The position numbers and the translations under genes were made by a program. The notes under the pieces were generated by a model. The model did no database searches. It was not told where the DNA came from and worked only from the letters and a program-made list of their open reading frames with translations. A stretch of 64,000 nucleotides of DNA from Antedon mediterranea (lineage: Eukaryota; Animalia; Echinodermata): positions 26,554,871 through 26,618,870 of the forward strand of contig NC_092676.1 in NCBI RefSeq assembly GCF_964355755.1. The letters are read 5' to 3'. Shown one piece after another: positions 63,718-64,000 of this stretch (position 1 is its first letter; each line of letters begins with the position of its first letter).

Positions 63718-64000
63718 ATGGCTAGCAAGTATTTAAGTCTACTTGGAGATATAGATGAGAAAGTACTAGAATGTTCTATCTGTAATGGAAGGCTAGAAGA
63801 CCCAAAATCACTTAGCTGCATTCATAGTTTCTGTCTGAAGTGTTTGGAGAAATGGGTTCGTACCAATTGTGGCAAGCTAACATGCCCTATTTGTCGCAAA
63901 GAGTACCCAATACCAAAAGGAGGGCTTGAAAAACTTGCACCAAATACATTTCTTAACAACCTCTTGGAAACCATCAAACAACATGAAGAGAAATATGAGG
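63718..64000 (+). CDS. TRIM-NHL paralog, 5' part (RING), runs off the window
   Basis: TTTTGCAG|AATGGCTAGC; MASKYLSLLGDIDEKVLECSICNGRLEDPKSLSCIHSFCLKC..CPIC, open to the window end. Confidence 0.9.
   Translation, partial: MASKYLSLLGDIDEKVLECSICNGRLEDPKSLSCIHSFCLKCLEKWVRTNCGKLTCPICRKEYPIPKGGLEKLAPNTFLNNLLETIKQHEEKYE

Noticed and set aside
7875-64000. Dedicated somatic diversification machinery (DGR, RAG/RSS, VLR-like cassette assembly)
   Set aside because: No intact RT or recombinase, no signal sequences flanking fragments, no evident adenine-specific variation; germline duplication and recombination suffice

Overview
AT-rich animal genomic DNA with spliceosomal introns and invertebrate-type SINEs, LINEs, Helitrons and MITEs; a marine invertebrate such as an echinoderm is my guess, not shown. 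It is dominated by a same-strand tandem array of at least 13 copies or fragments of a TRIM-NHL gene (RING, B-box2, coiled coil, six-bladed NHL propeller, no filamin domain; TRIM32/TRIM56/TRIM2-3-like). Most copies have a short non-coding first exon and one intronless coding exon. Four copies are full length and one more runs off the window end. The rest are RING-less, RING/B-box-only, NHL-only or decayed. Differences between paralogs cluster at predicted NHL top-face loop positions, and several copies are mosaics, suggesting a rapidly diversifying immune-receptor-like locus. Also present: two out-of-order blocks of API5 exons (minus strand), a large foldback of ~101-bp satellite arms, a 49-bp minisatellite grown from a single monomer in the duplication unit, a young non-autonomous LTR element, and many DNA transposons. 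Coordinates were read by eye and no alignments or searches were run.
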